This document shows, one piece after another, positions 1 through 7,173 of a DNA stretch of 10,661 nucleotides (positions within the stretch are counted from its first letter, which is position 1; each line of letters opens with the position of its first letter). This DNA comes from a virus. Taxonomy: Duplodnaviria; Heunggongvirae; Uroviricota; Caudoviricetes. Location: the IMG/VR virus record IMGVR_UViG_2703718674_000018, one strand, 5' to 3'. Under the pieces are notes generated by a model. That model was not told where the DNA came from. It made no database searches and saw only the letters and a list, made by a program, of their open reading frames with translations. A program made the translations under genes and the position numbers.

Positions 1-1236
1 CTACGATAACCGCGCATTCAACATGGCTATCTGTTCGTCGTTCATGTCATCAATCCACATACCGTAAATTTCATACACCATCTGCGCAGTTTCATGCCCC
101 ATTTGGCTGGCTATAAATGCCGGGTTCGCTCCTGCCGTCAACAGCCAGCAGGCAAAAGTATGCCGCGTATGGTACGGATTACGACGGCGAATACCAGCAC
201 GTTTTACTGCTGCATTCCACCTTGCCCCCAAACTGCTTACCGAGTAATAAGGTTTTTGTTTTCCGTTACACACCCTGGGCATGAAAACAAAATGCAGTTT
301 TTGCTTTTCGGTTCTGCCGTACTCCCGATGGTAAAAGGTGATTTCGCTTTTGCGATGATGCCCGGTCAGTTTGTATTGCTCCTTCAGTGCTTCAAGAGCA
401 GGCTGCAGTAGTGTTACTGTCCGGATCCCGGCATTTGTTTTTGGGGGACCGAACATATCAAGTATCGTCAGGTTTCTTCTGACATTCACTATTCCCTTTT
501 CGAGATCCACATCCTCCCACGCCAGAGCTGCCAGTTCCCCGTGACGAAGTCCTGAGTAAACGGCAAATTTCCACAAGTTCTGGCTCTGTCCTTTTTCACT
601 TTCCATTAATGCATTGAATTCTGTTTTAGATAACGGATCAGGCTTTATTCTGTTTCGCTGTAATTTTTTTACTCCTTCAAATGGTTTGGTTGATATAAAT
701 CCCGACTGATACGCAAAACGCAACAGCGAACAGAGCAGGGCGATATAGTTATCAACTGTGCGCACGGTTCTTCCTTTTTTGTTGGATCTTGGATTATCCA
801 GGTAAAGCGTTTCTCCATGCAGCAGTTCATTCCGGTAGTTTAAGATATCGCTATAACGAATATGTGATATCGGGGTACTTTCACAAATTATTATTCTGAG
901 TGTTTTTAATTGTGATTTTGTTTTCTTCATTGTGTTTGTTGTTAACTCTGTCTCTTTAATTTTTGTCCAGATATCACAAAGCTCTCCGAACGTTTTTATG
1001 ACTCTCGTTGTCACCATTTTTGCCCCAGTGCTGGACTGGGGAAAACGTCTTAAATACTCAAATTCACCGGAGTTTATTTCATGAACTATCAGCGCTCTTA
1101 AATTTCCGGCCTTTTTAATATTACTGTTTGTAATCTCCCAGCCTTTTAATGTTTCCCGACATCGTTTTCCTCGAAACATGAACCAGATGCGAATGTATCT
1201 ACCTCTAATCTCGACACCTGTTGGTAATTTAGACAT
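1..1236 (-). CDS. intR: Tyrosine-type site-specific integrase, 411 aa, complete (Rac prophage IntR-like)
   Basis: ORF-track 411-aa ORF; ATG at 1236..1234 and TAG stop at 3..1 on the minus strand. C-terminal tyrosine-recombinase signature visible in the translation (YHTRHTFACWLL...MGHETAQMVYEIY: His-x-x-Arg box and catalytic Tyr). Start lies 1 nt downstream of the excisionase stop, the usual xis-int arrangement. Symbol from recollection of Rac IntR (411 aa). Confidence 0.9.
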   Translation of the reverse strand: MSKLPTGVEIRGRYIRIWFMFRGKRCRETLKGWEITNSNIKKAGNLRALIVHEINSGEFEYLRRFPQSSTGAKMVTTRVIKTFGELCDIWTKIKETELTTNTMKKTKSQLKTLRIIICESTPISHIRYSDILNYRNELLHGETLYLDNPRSNKKGRTVRTVDNYIALLCSLLRFAYQSGFISTKPFEGVKKLQRNRIKPDPLSKTEFNALMESEKGQSQNLWKFAVYSGLRHGELAALAWEDVDLEKGIVNVRRNLTILDMFGPPKTNAGIRTVTLLQPALEALKEQYKLTGHHRKSEITFYHREYGRTEKQKLHFVFMPRVCNGKQKPYYSVSSLGARWNAAVKRAGIRRRNPYHTRHTFACWLLTAGANPAFIASQMGHETAQMVYEIYGMWIDDMNDEQIAMLNARLS

Positions 1237-1237
1237 A

Positions 1238-1453
1238 TCATGAGTCTTTGATAAACTGATTTATCTTTGGATAGTTGTACCAGATAATCCCTCGTTTGCT
1301 GTCTGGCTTACCTAAAGGAGATACTCGTTTGAAGTGGAAGCCCTCCACCCAACAGTTCTGGCGGTATGCTTCAATTTGTCTGGCCCCCAGACCAGTGCGA
1401 AGCATCAGGCCGTATTCAACCATCCACTCTTCATTAAAGATTACTTGTGCCAT
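1238..1453 (-). CDS. xisR: Excisionase-like small protein, 71 aa (XisR/YdaQ-like)
   Basis: ORF-track ORF 1238..1477 begins with TTG (rc of caa at 1475-1477). Internal ATG at 1453..1451 is preceded by GAGGTGA at about 7 nt, giving [10 protein letters not shown]... (71 aa). Position immediately upstream of int, nearly abutting it. Function inferred from position, size and recollection of Rac ydaQ. Confidence 0.7.
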   Translation of the reverse strand: MAQVIFNEEWMVEYGLMLRTGLGARQIEAYRQNCWVEGFHFKRVSPLGKPDSKRGIIWYNYPKINQFIKDS

Positions 1454-1531
1454 CGCATCACCTCTGGCAGGCGCCAATGTTAGACTGAAATTGACGCCCG
1501 ATGTTGATTATTAATAATCAGCTATGAAGTT

Positions 1532-1741
1532 TTAATTTGAATACAATGCAATTCTCGAGGACTGAAGTTTCTCGCAATTAAAATTTATCAGTTTTACTTT
1601 CTGCTCTCTGGAAACGCCTGCTTCTTTTTTACCTGAGAGCATTTTTTCGCATTCTGATTTCGTTAGTTTAGATTTTGAATATCTTGTCCAGTTAGTAGGA
1701 GTGCCACCTTCCTTTTCAATAGTGGCGGTAATTTTATACAT
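1532..1741 (-). CDS. rcbA: Small Rac-prophage protein YdaC/RcbA-like, 69 aa
   Basis: ATG at 1741..1739 preceded by strong SD (GGAGGTG, 5-nt spacer) gives MYKITATIEKEGG... (69 aa); stop at 1532. Upstream ATGs at 1753 and 1813 lack an SD. Start overlaps the ralR stop by 8 nt (translational coupling). Confidence 0.65.
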   Translation of the reverse strand: MYKITATIEKEGGTPTNWTRYSKSKLTKSECEKMLSGKKEAGVSREQKVKLINFNCEKLQSSRIALYSN

Positions 1742-1928
1742 GAACACCTCCATTATTATTTCCAGTGGTTCGTTTATTCCATCTTTCGAGTGCTTCTTTT
1801 TCACTTCCACCATAACCGGTTCGGGATTCGCATCCGTTACACTTCGCTCGGTAATATCCTGAAATGGCTTTCACCGTTACTGATGGACAACCACAAAATG
1901 GACATGGTTTAACATTGTCATATCTCAT
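1734..1928 (-). CDS. ralR: Restriction-alleviation protein Lar/RalR, 64 aa; Cys4 zinc-ribbon (CPFCG...CNGC)
   Basis: Translation MRYDNVKPCPFCGCPSVTVKAISGYYRAKCNGCESRTGYGGSEKEALERWNKRTTGNNNGGVHV has two CxxC pairs typical of the Lar family. ATG at 1928; alternative in-frame ATGs at 1940 and 1967, so the start is uncertain. TAA stop at 1736..1734. Confidence 0.75.
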   Translation of the reverse strand: MRYDNVKPCPFCGCPSVTVKAISGYYRAKCNGCESRTGYGGSEKEALERWNKRTTGNNNGGVHV

Positions 1929-1984
1929 AATTTTTCTCATAAAAAATATTTCAAGTTGGCGGTGCATTACACCGCCAGGCTGAA

Positions 1985-2794
1985 TTATTCCTCTGAATTA
2001 TCGATTACACTGTATTCCCCGGTTAATACAGAGGAATCTGCAGGATCGATTGTCAGTGGTTCCTTTTCATCCATTGATACTGCACGCTGGATCTCAATTG
2101 ATACGGGCAGATATTTGAACAGGCGACGAATAGCCGTTTTCTTTGCCATTTCTTCCCAGTGAGTTACCCACGGCCCGTTATTACCAGCTTTACTCAGGCT
2201 GCGCACCAGCTCAATCTGTTTGCGCGTCATAACTTCAAACTGAGTACCTCCGTCTTTCAGTCTTGCGACAGCATAGACGTGGGTAACCGGGGCATCTTCG
2301 TTTTCTCCCGGGCGGTGTATTAACTTTTCATCAAGGCCAAATTCGAAGCTAAACTCGTCACCTTCACGGACAACACGGGCTGACAGGCTGGCGATTTGAC
2401 CAGAACGGCGAGCCAGATCAATCATGCCGCGATAGCCAATGATTAGCTGAACGTTCTTTTTACCGCTCTTTTCGTTTTTATTACCAAAAGGCAGTAAATA
2501 TGCATGACCGAGGGCGCTACCTGGCTCAAGTCCGAGCTGTGAACACTGTACGATGGCACCGATAAAACTCGTCGAGTCACAGTTTCTTAGTTCCGGTACT
2601 TTACGGATTTCTGTTGTAGCAATGCGGATCATGCGTTCCGCTGTCATGTGACGTGGCAGAGCTGCTGCCAGTTGCGCTTTCATTGCCGGGCTGTTAATCA
2701 CGCACAGCACATCCTTATCGTTAACTGCTGCTGGTGCACGGTTTCCCTGAGTTTTTTGCAGATCGGCTTTTGCGATAGGTGGTTGCTTAATCAT
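1985..2794 (-). CDS. recT: RecT single-strand annealing recombinase, 269 aa
   Basis: Translation [24 protein letters not shown]...SVIDNSEE matches my recollection of E. coli RecT almost residue for residue. ATG at 2794 preceded by AAGGAGT; alternative ATGs at 2800 and 2851 lack suitable SD spacing. Start overlaps the recE stop (2787-2789) by 8 nt. Confidence 0.9.
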   Translation of the reverse strand: MIKQPPIAKADLQKTQGNRAPAAVNDKDVLCVINSPAMKAQLAAALPRHMTAERMIRIATTEIRKVPELRNCDSTSFIGAIVQCSQLGLEPGSALGHAYLLPFGNKNEKSGKKNVQLIIGYRGMIDLARRSGQIASLSARVVREGDEFSFEFGLDEKLIHRPGENEDAPVTHVYAVARLKDGGTQFEVMTRKQIELVRSLSKAGNNGPWVTHWEEMAKKTAIRRLFKYLPVSIEIQRAVSMDEKEPLTIDPADSSVLTGEYSVIDNSEE

Positions 2795-5462
2795 TTGCAT
2801 ACTCCTTAGCCCAGCGGGGCAGTGATAACGTCTTAATAGCTGGCCATTCATCGGTATTTAGGCAGTCAGCCAGGGTCCGCAGATTGCGGTGATATTCCTG
2901 CTGGCCTGCCAGTTTTGCTTCTTCGCCCATCATGAAAATCTCAACCGGATAACGTCCGCATTCAACAGTTGTGCTGGCAACCAGAAAAACGAAAGTTGGC
3001 TGCACGCCAAACTGTGCTTCATAACCGTCACTGTAGAATGCATCCTGAACGTGATAGCGGTAGTCGTAATAAGCCGTTTTGAATCGTTGAATATCCGCCG
3101 TAGTTTTCACGTCCATGATCCAGTGAAATTCAGGAATAATTTTGTCCGGACGGCACCGACACAAAATTCCTGTTTCCGGATCTTCCCAGTAAATTGATGA
3201 TTCAGCGTGTCCGGCGCTTTCAACAAGCCATTGCCCCAGCGGCAAAGCCATAACGCTTTGATACATGAGTTCAATTTTCCGACCTTCTTCCGCAGTGATA
3301 ACCGTTTTTCCTGTGCTTGCGCATTCCATCAGAAACGCTTTCTCTTCTTCTTTTCCGGCGTTTGTACGGCGGTTAAATTCAGGTGCTACGATAAAGCGGT
3401 TACTGAATTCTTCCGGTTCAAGTACCCGGAAGTGGAAAGCGGTTCCTAAATCGAGCGTTTTTGTCTTTGTAGTGTCCACGGGAGCATCTTTACGCCACAA
3501 ATACAGTGCCGGAGTATCAGCAATGTCATCGAGCTGAGACTTACTGACACCGGGACCTGCGTGGTAATTCTCATTCGAAATTCCGTAATAAATACCTGGC
3601 TCTATGTCTTCTACGATTACGGGATCTGCGACTTCGCCAGTTTCATCACTGCAATCGCGATGCGGATCGCTGCCAGCATTCTCATTGTGCGGATGTTCAG
3701 CGCCTTCCATTTCCTCCAGACCTTTTTCCTGATATTCATTCTGATTTTCTTCATTAAAGGTTTTCTGATACGTTGCGTCGCCCATTACCGCGCCACAGTC
3801 AGGACAGTTGCCGCCGCCAGCCTTACCGCAGGCGGTGCAAACTTTCTCCGTTTCCTGTTGTTGCACTACTGGCTCAGGCTGTTTCGTTTCTGGCTCGTTT
3901 TGTTGCGTATTTGGGTCGTTCTGTTCCGTTTCTGGCTGATTCTGGTATATAGAGTCGCGGGTCTGGATCCCCTTAACCCATTTCGGATCATTCGGGTCGC
4001 TAATCCCTTCAACAAATTCTCCGCGAGAGGCAGCCAGTAATTTGTCTGCATCGACAGGATTTTTGGGCGGAATGTTTTTCCGGGCTTCATGGAGTTCTGC
4101 CCGCAGTTTCTGATATTTCGCATCAACAGAATTTACCTGTGACTGAGCATCCAGCGGCTGCGTGTCCTGATGATGTTCAGTTGCATCCGGTTCCACTGTT
4201 TCAGCCGTTGCCTGTTCATCTGCCATTGCGCAAGATGGTTGCGGTTTTTCTTCATCATCCTGTTTTTCTTCTTCTGTTACACGCTGCGGCATCGGGGCAG
4301 AGGAACGACCGCAGGCAATATCCACGATTTCTGGATCAGGGTTGGCATGATCAGTTTCAGTCAGTACTTTGTTCAGATATTCAGTGACGTGTGCGGGGAT
4401 AACCTCGATCCCAATTGGTGCTTCTTTTACGGACGCAACCACGATGGCGCGGGAATAATCCAGCCCGCCAGGCATGGTGATGAATTTGTCGCGGAAAACA
4501 GAAAAGGGTGGTTTATTTTCAGCGATAATTTCCTCGACACGTTTAGCGTGTGCCGGATGAAGGTTATAAATGTCCACGTCCATTGAACGAGCCAGTACGC
4601 CAGTGGCTACGTCGCGCGCCAGTGACGTCAGATCGTGAACGAAACCTTCGCCGCGATCGGTGAGGTTCCCGCCGCCAGCATTAGCGCCGGAAGCCGTACG
4701 CGTGATGCGTGAAACACGATTTCCTTTTCGCCATTCTTTTGTCAGAAGACCGCGATCAATGTGTTCGGTATCCAGCCAGGCTGAAATGAAATTCTTAAAT
4801 TCATAGGGCTGATGTTTTTTCGTGATAGAGAACACTGCCTTAATTGCATCAGTCAGGCGGAGCAGGGCGGCATTATCCAGAGTTGTCGGTTCTGCCATGC
4901 TGCGTATGGCCAACAGCAGATTCTGGACATAGCTGTTTTCCTGATCCATCTCAAGAGCAGTAATGTGTTTGCGTTGTTCACGGGTGGCATGATGCAGGTA
5001 TTTCCGATCCCCGGCTGCATACGTAAAAATGTGCAGAAGACGCTGTGTGAACCGCAAAGTGGCTACAGAGACTTCGCAATCCTGGCAATCCTCGTGGGCG
5101 TCTGCCTGCGCGTTTTCTTCCTGGCCTCCCGCCAGTTCTTTGGTTTCTTGAGCATTATCCTGGTGGTGAACGTCGTCTGGCGCTGCTCCCGGTTTTAGTT
5201 CCCAGGTCATGGAGTCTTTGCTGAGTTGATAGCGTTCACTCCAGGTAAAATCGATCTCACCTTCAGGGGGAAGGTCATTAACGACAGGAAAATTCGTGGC
5301 AACAGGTTTAAAATAGCTGCTCAGTTTTTTACCTGACTTAACGAGCAGGTAGTCCAGAGTGGCACAGGTCGATTCAAAATCGTCGCTTGCCCACAGGACG
5401 ACGTCAGGTTCACCGGATGATTTTTTCGCTTTCCGTAACAGGAAGAGTGGTTTTGTGCTCAT
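2787..5462 (-). CDS. recE: RecE exonuclease VIII, 891 aa; C-terminal nuclease domain, long N-terminal region with acidic low complexity and a Cys4 motif
   Basis: Single 891-aa ORF starting [39 protein letters not shown]..., which I recognise as the RecE N-terminus. Immediately upstream of, and translationally coupled to, recT (the RecET pair). ATG at 5462..5460. Confidence 0.9.
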   Translation of the reverse strand: MSTKPLFLLRKAKKSSGEPDVVLWASDDFESTCATLDYLLVKSGKKLSSYFKPVATNFPVVNDLPPEGEIDFTWSERYQLSKDSMTWELKPGAAPDDVHHQDNAQETKELAGGQEENAQADAHEDCQDCEVSVATLRFTQRLLHIFTYAAGDRKYLHHATREQRKHITALEMDQENSYVQNLLLAIRSMAEPTTLDNAALLRLTDAIKAVFSITKKHQPYEFKNFISAWLDTEHIDRGLLTKEWRKGNRVSRITRTASGANAGGGNLTDRGEGFVHDLTSLARDVATGVLARSMDVDIYNLHPAHAKRVEEIIAENKPPFSVFRDKFITMPGGLDYSRAIVVASVKEAPIGIEVIPAHVTEYLNKVLTETDHANPDPEIVDIACGRSSAPMPQRVTEEEKQDDEEKPQPSCAMADEQATAETVEPDATEHHQDTQPLDAQSQVNSVDAKYQKLRAELHEARKNIPPKNPVDADKLLAASRGEFVEGISDPNDPKWVKGIQTRDSIYQNQPETEQNDPNTQQNEPETKQPEPVVQQQETEKVCTACGKAGGGNCPDCGAVMGDATYQKTFNEENQNEYQEKGLEEMEGAEHPHNENAGSDPHRDCSDETGEVADPVIVEDIEPGIYYGISNENYHAGPGVSKSQLDDIADTPALYLWRKDAPVDTTKTKTLDLGTAFHFRVLEPEEFSNRFIVAPEFNRRTNAGKEEEKAFLMECASTGKTVITAEEGRKIELMYQSVMALPLGQWLVESAGHAESSIYWEDPETGILCRCRPDKIIPEFHWIMDVKTTADIQRFKTAYYDYRYHVQDAFYSDGYEAQFGVQPTFVFLVASTTVECGRYPVEIFMMGEEAKLAGQQEYHRNLRTLADCLNTDEWPAIKTLSLPRWAKEYAND

Positions 5463-5570
5463 TGTTTTTTAACCTCAACTCAGATTAAAATTCGTTTTGT
5501 TCAGTGAATGATCTTGCCGGATACACACTGTTCATAGCCTGCGTATGGCGCAGGCTATTTCTTTCAGATT

Positions 5571-5840
5571 TCACCGCCTAATTTCATTGCAATCAGAGTT
5601 GCCAGAAATTCGGCTTTTTTTTCTGCGGGCAGATTCTTTCCTATGTGCACCAGACACATTTTTTTTAACACCATCGTTAAGTGTTTTAACGTTGCCTGAT
5701 GGACCGTCGATATCAACCACAGTGAATGGGGTTTCTTTATTTTCTGTCTTAATCACGTAGCCAATACGCTTTCCTTCCAGGGTAACTTCGTGAACAATGT
5801 CATCAGTAGTAACAACAGTGGCTTCATAACTGGTAATCAT
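5571..5840 (-). CDS. racC: RacC-like small protein; frame as sequenced gives 89 aa with an Arg/Ser-rich tail (possible frameshift at A8 run)
   Basis: ATG at 5840 preceded by TAAGGAG (5-nt spacer). N-terminal 60 aa (MITSYEATVVTTDDIVHEV...GPSGNVKTLNDGVKK) look like RacC as I remember it. After the A8 run (plus-strand T8 at 5659-5666) the frame encodes NVSGAHRKESARRKKSRISGNSDCNEIRR; see findings. Confidence 0.6.
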   Translation of the reverse strand: MITSYEATVVTTDDIVHEVTLEGKRIGYVIKTENKETPFTVVDIDGPSGNVKTLNDGVKKNVSGAHRKESARRKKSRISGNSDCNEIRR

Positions 5841-5914
5841 GTTTTTCTCCTTAATTAAGGTTGAGCGAATCCCTGCCATTGCTGGCATAAATTCAGTTTC
5901 GGATAGTCAGTTAA

Positions 5915-6085
5915 TTAAAGTTCGTGTGCCATCTGGTCTTTTTCGGCACAGATTTCACTACAATATTTTTTCATTTCCGTCGTTGGTATAACTCCACGCA
6001 TGAAATGAAGTGGTCTTGTAATGATTTTGCTTTCTTCAATTTCTTTATTGCAAAGGTGATAAGCACATTTTATTTTCTTAGTCAT
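5915..6085 (-). CDS. ydaE: YdaE-like Cys/His-rich small protein, 56 aa (putative metal-binding)
   Basis: Not in the ORF track (below its length cutoff). Manual translation of the minus strand from ATG 6085..6083 gives [56 protein letters not shown], stop TAA at 5917..5915. Start overlaps the kilR stop by 1 nt (TAATG). Length matches the 56 aa I recall for Rac ydaE. Confidence 0.65.
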   Translation of the reverse strand: MTKKIKCAYHLCNKEIEESKIITRPLHFMRGVIPTTEMKKYCSEICAEKDQMAHEL

Positions 6086-6306
6086 TACCATGACTCCGCC
6101 TTTACAGGTAAACCATCACGACCGAGGAAGACTCTAATCATGCAGTCAGAAATGCATGTTTTTGTAGTCAGGCTACGAATATAAAGTTTTCGCTTTTTAA
6201 TATTGTTTGCCGAGGCGATATATGTCCGACCTTCATGAAGAACATAATCGCCAGGAGTCACACACTGACGTGGTATTTCATCAGTTCCGAAGTGATGAGC
6301 AATCAT
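6085..6306 (-). CDS. kilR: KilR-like cell-division inhibitor, 73 aa
   Basis: ATG at 6306 preceded by GGAG (6-nt spacer); the ORF-track start at 6318 (MEIIM...) lacks an SD. Translation [73 protein letters not shown], 73 aa. Function by recollection of Rac KilR as an FtsZ inhibitor. Confidence 0.75.
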   Translation of the reverse strand: MIAHHFGTDEIPRQCVTPGDYVLHEGRTYIASANNIKKRKLYIRSLTTKTCISDCMIRVFLGRDGLPVKAESW

Positions 6307-6471
6307 AATTATCTCCATTTTTACAAATGAATTTTGTCGATGCGGTGCCTGGTGCCTCCAGGTGACGTTAACCAGTTAACAATTAACGCCGGATAATCCA
6401 CCCATAACACTGATGCTTTTAACTGTGCCGCGTGCGCTTAGCCGCATTCACCGCATCACAAAATTCACTTT

Positions 6472-6515
6472 AAAAAGGGGCGGCAGGGCAGCCACGGAGT
6501 AGAACTGATGCCGCC
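6472..6515 (-). terminator. Candidate intrinsic terminator inside the leftward operon (tL-like), minus strand
   Basis: Minus-strand RNA would form a 7-bp GC stem (plus-strand GGCGGCA 6479-6485 pairing with TGCCGCC 6509-6515), followed by CC and then UUUUUAAA (plus-strand A5 at 6472-6476). The loop is long (23 nt), so this is weak. Confidence 0.3.
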
Positions 6516-6714
6516 AAAGACTACACATAGCAATGTCGTTATTTACAACCGGAGGCGCACTCCCACCATTTAAATTTAACAGACAAGACCGACTCTTTAT
6601 GGATACCGGAAATGCGCCTTCGTGTTGTGCCCGGTTTTATTTCACCACCTCCGGGCTTTGGTGGCCTCGGCTATACCCCTACAGCAAGAATATTGAATTA
6701 ATCCAATAAATGGT

Positions 6715-6867
6715 TTAGCTGGTATTTTTGGCAAGCCAGCGACGTGCGCCAGCTTCGGTTTTAAACGATTTGCTTTTGGTATACGTCATGGCGGTGAATG
6801 TGCCGTCCTGATTGGGAAACACGCCACATACCAGAGATTCGTTGTTGCCAAGATCGATAGTATCCAT
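6715..6867 (-). CDS. Small protein, 50 aa, YdaF-like (first gene of the leftward operon)
   Basis: ATG at 6867 preceded by GAGG (about 6 nt) gives MDTIDLGNNESLVCGVFPNQDGTFTAMTYTKSKSFKTEAGARRWLAKNTS (50 aa); the ORF-track version starts with TTG at 6930. Assignment to ydaF is by position and vague recollection only. Confidence 0.5.
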   Translation of the reverse strand: MDTIDLGNNESLVCGVFPNQDGTFTAMTYTKSKSFKTEAGARRWLAKNTS

Positions 6868-7047
6868 GTTGACCTCATTTCCCCTTAACGCCGGGTGGCG
6901 GAACGTTTTATCTACTGCGCTTTGTATCAATCAACAACTGCCGTCATGTTCGTATGCCTCAGGCTGGCTACTTAGCCCTGTTCAGTGGCTGGATAACTCG
7001 AGGTATTGTCCTGCCGTTCTCTGGTGGGGCGTTGTTTGGATATGCTT

Positions 7048-7089
7048 ATTAAACACAATGCGTTTTCTTGTATCAACACGAAATGTGTT
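7048..7089 (-). promoter_or_regulatory. Candidate leftward early promoter (PL-like) with overlapping operator-like palindromes
   Basis: Minus strand reads TTGATA (plus 7071-7076), a 17-nt spacer, then TTTAAT (plus 7048-7053), close to the sigma70 consensus TTGACA-N17-TATAAT. Palindrome AACAC-GAAAT-GTGTT (7075-7089) overlaps the -35; imperfect AACAC-AATGC-GTTTT (7052-7066) overlaps the -10. Confidence 0.4.
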
Positions 7090-7118
7090 TTGTGGTGGGT
7101 GTCATATGATGATGGTAC

Positions 7119-7143
7119 AAAAAAAGCCCGCTGATAGCGGGCT
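7119..7143 (-). terminator. Rho-independent terminator downstream of the repressor gene
   Basis: Plus strand AAAAAAA-GCCCGC-TGATA-GCGGGC-T; on the minus strand this is a 7-bp GC-rich stem (AGCCCGC/GCGGGCU) with 5-nt loop followed by UUUUUUU, about 30 nt after the repressor stop (7174). Confidence 0.65.
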
Positions 7144-7173
7144 GATTGGCATATTACTGTGATAGCAAGATCA

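Noticed and set aside
94-411. Plus-strand ORF antisense to the integrase
   Set aside because: Fully embedded in the opposite strand of int; no SD and low-complexity translation.
1275-1514. Plus-strand ORF antisense to xis
   Set aside because: Overlaps the excisionase on the opposite strand; no independent support.
1956-2162. Plus-strand ORF overlapping the recT 3' end
   Set aside because: Antisense to recT and reaches into the recT-ralR spacer; no SD.
2889-5198. Plus-strand ORFs inside recE (2889..3197, 3207..3449, 3265..3537, 3561..4040, 4139..4387, 4170..4586, 4812..5198) and minus-strand 3866..4126
   Set aside because: All are antisense or out-of-frame within the well-supported recE CDS. 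Their Phe/Leu/Arg-rich hydrophobic translations are what the complement of an acidic GAA/GAG-rich gene produces, and none has a convincing SD.
5545-6184. Plus-strand ORFs 5545..5760 and 5924..6184 antisense to racC and ydaE/kilR
   Set aside because: Opposite strand of SD-supported genes in a uniformly minus-strand operon.
6319-6714. Retron or other RT-associated ncRNA, CRISPR array, tRNA
   Set aside because: No reverse transcriptase or cas gene nearby, no regularly spaced direct repeats, and no cloverleaf-compatible sequence; the hairpins are better explained as terminator or regulatory structure or a deletion scar.
1454-6930. Longer N-terminal extensions given by the ORF track (xis from 1477, ydaC from 1813, ralR from 1967, recT from 2851, racC from 5888, kilR from 6318, ydaF-like from 6930)
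   Set aside because: Several begin with TTG or lack an SD, whereas internal ATGs have strong SDs and give the protein lengths expected for these families. The extensions also overlap upstream genes extensively.
7083-7105. Minus-strand ATG at 7105 as a possible ydaG-like small gene
   Set aside because: The frame terminates after 10 codons and sits upstream of the putative PL -35, next to the terminator.
6812-7162. 116-aa plus-strand ORF spanning the ydaF-like start, the PL-like promoter and the terminator
   Set aside because: It runs through a clear terminator hairpin and the promoter region, has no SD, and opposes the operon's direction.
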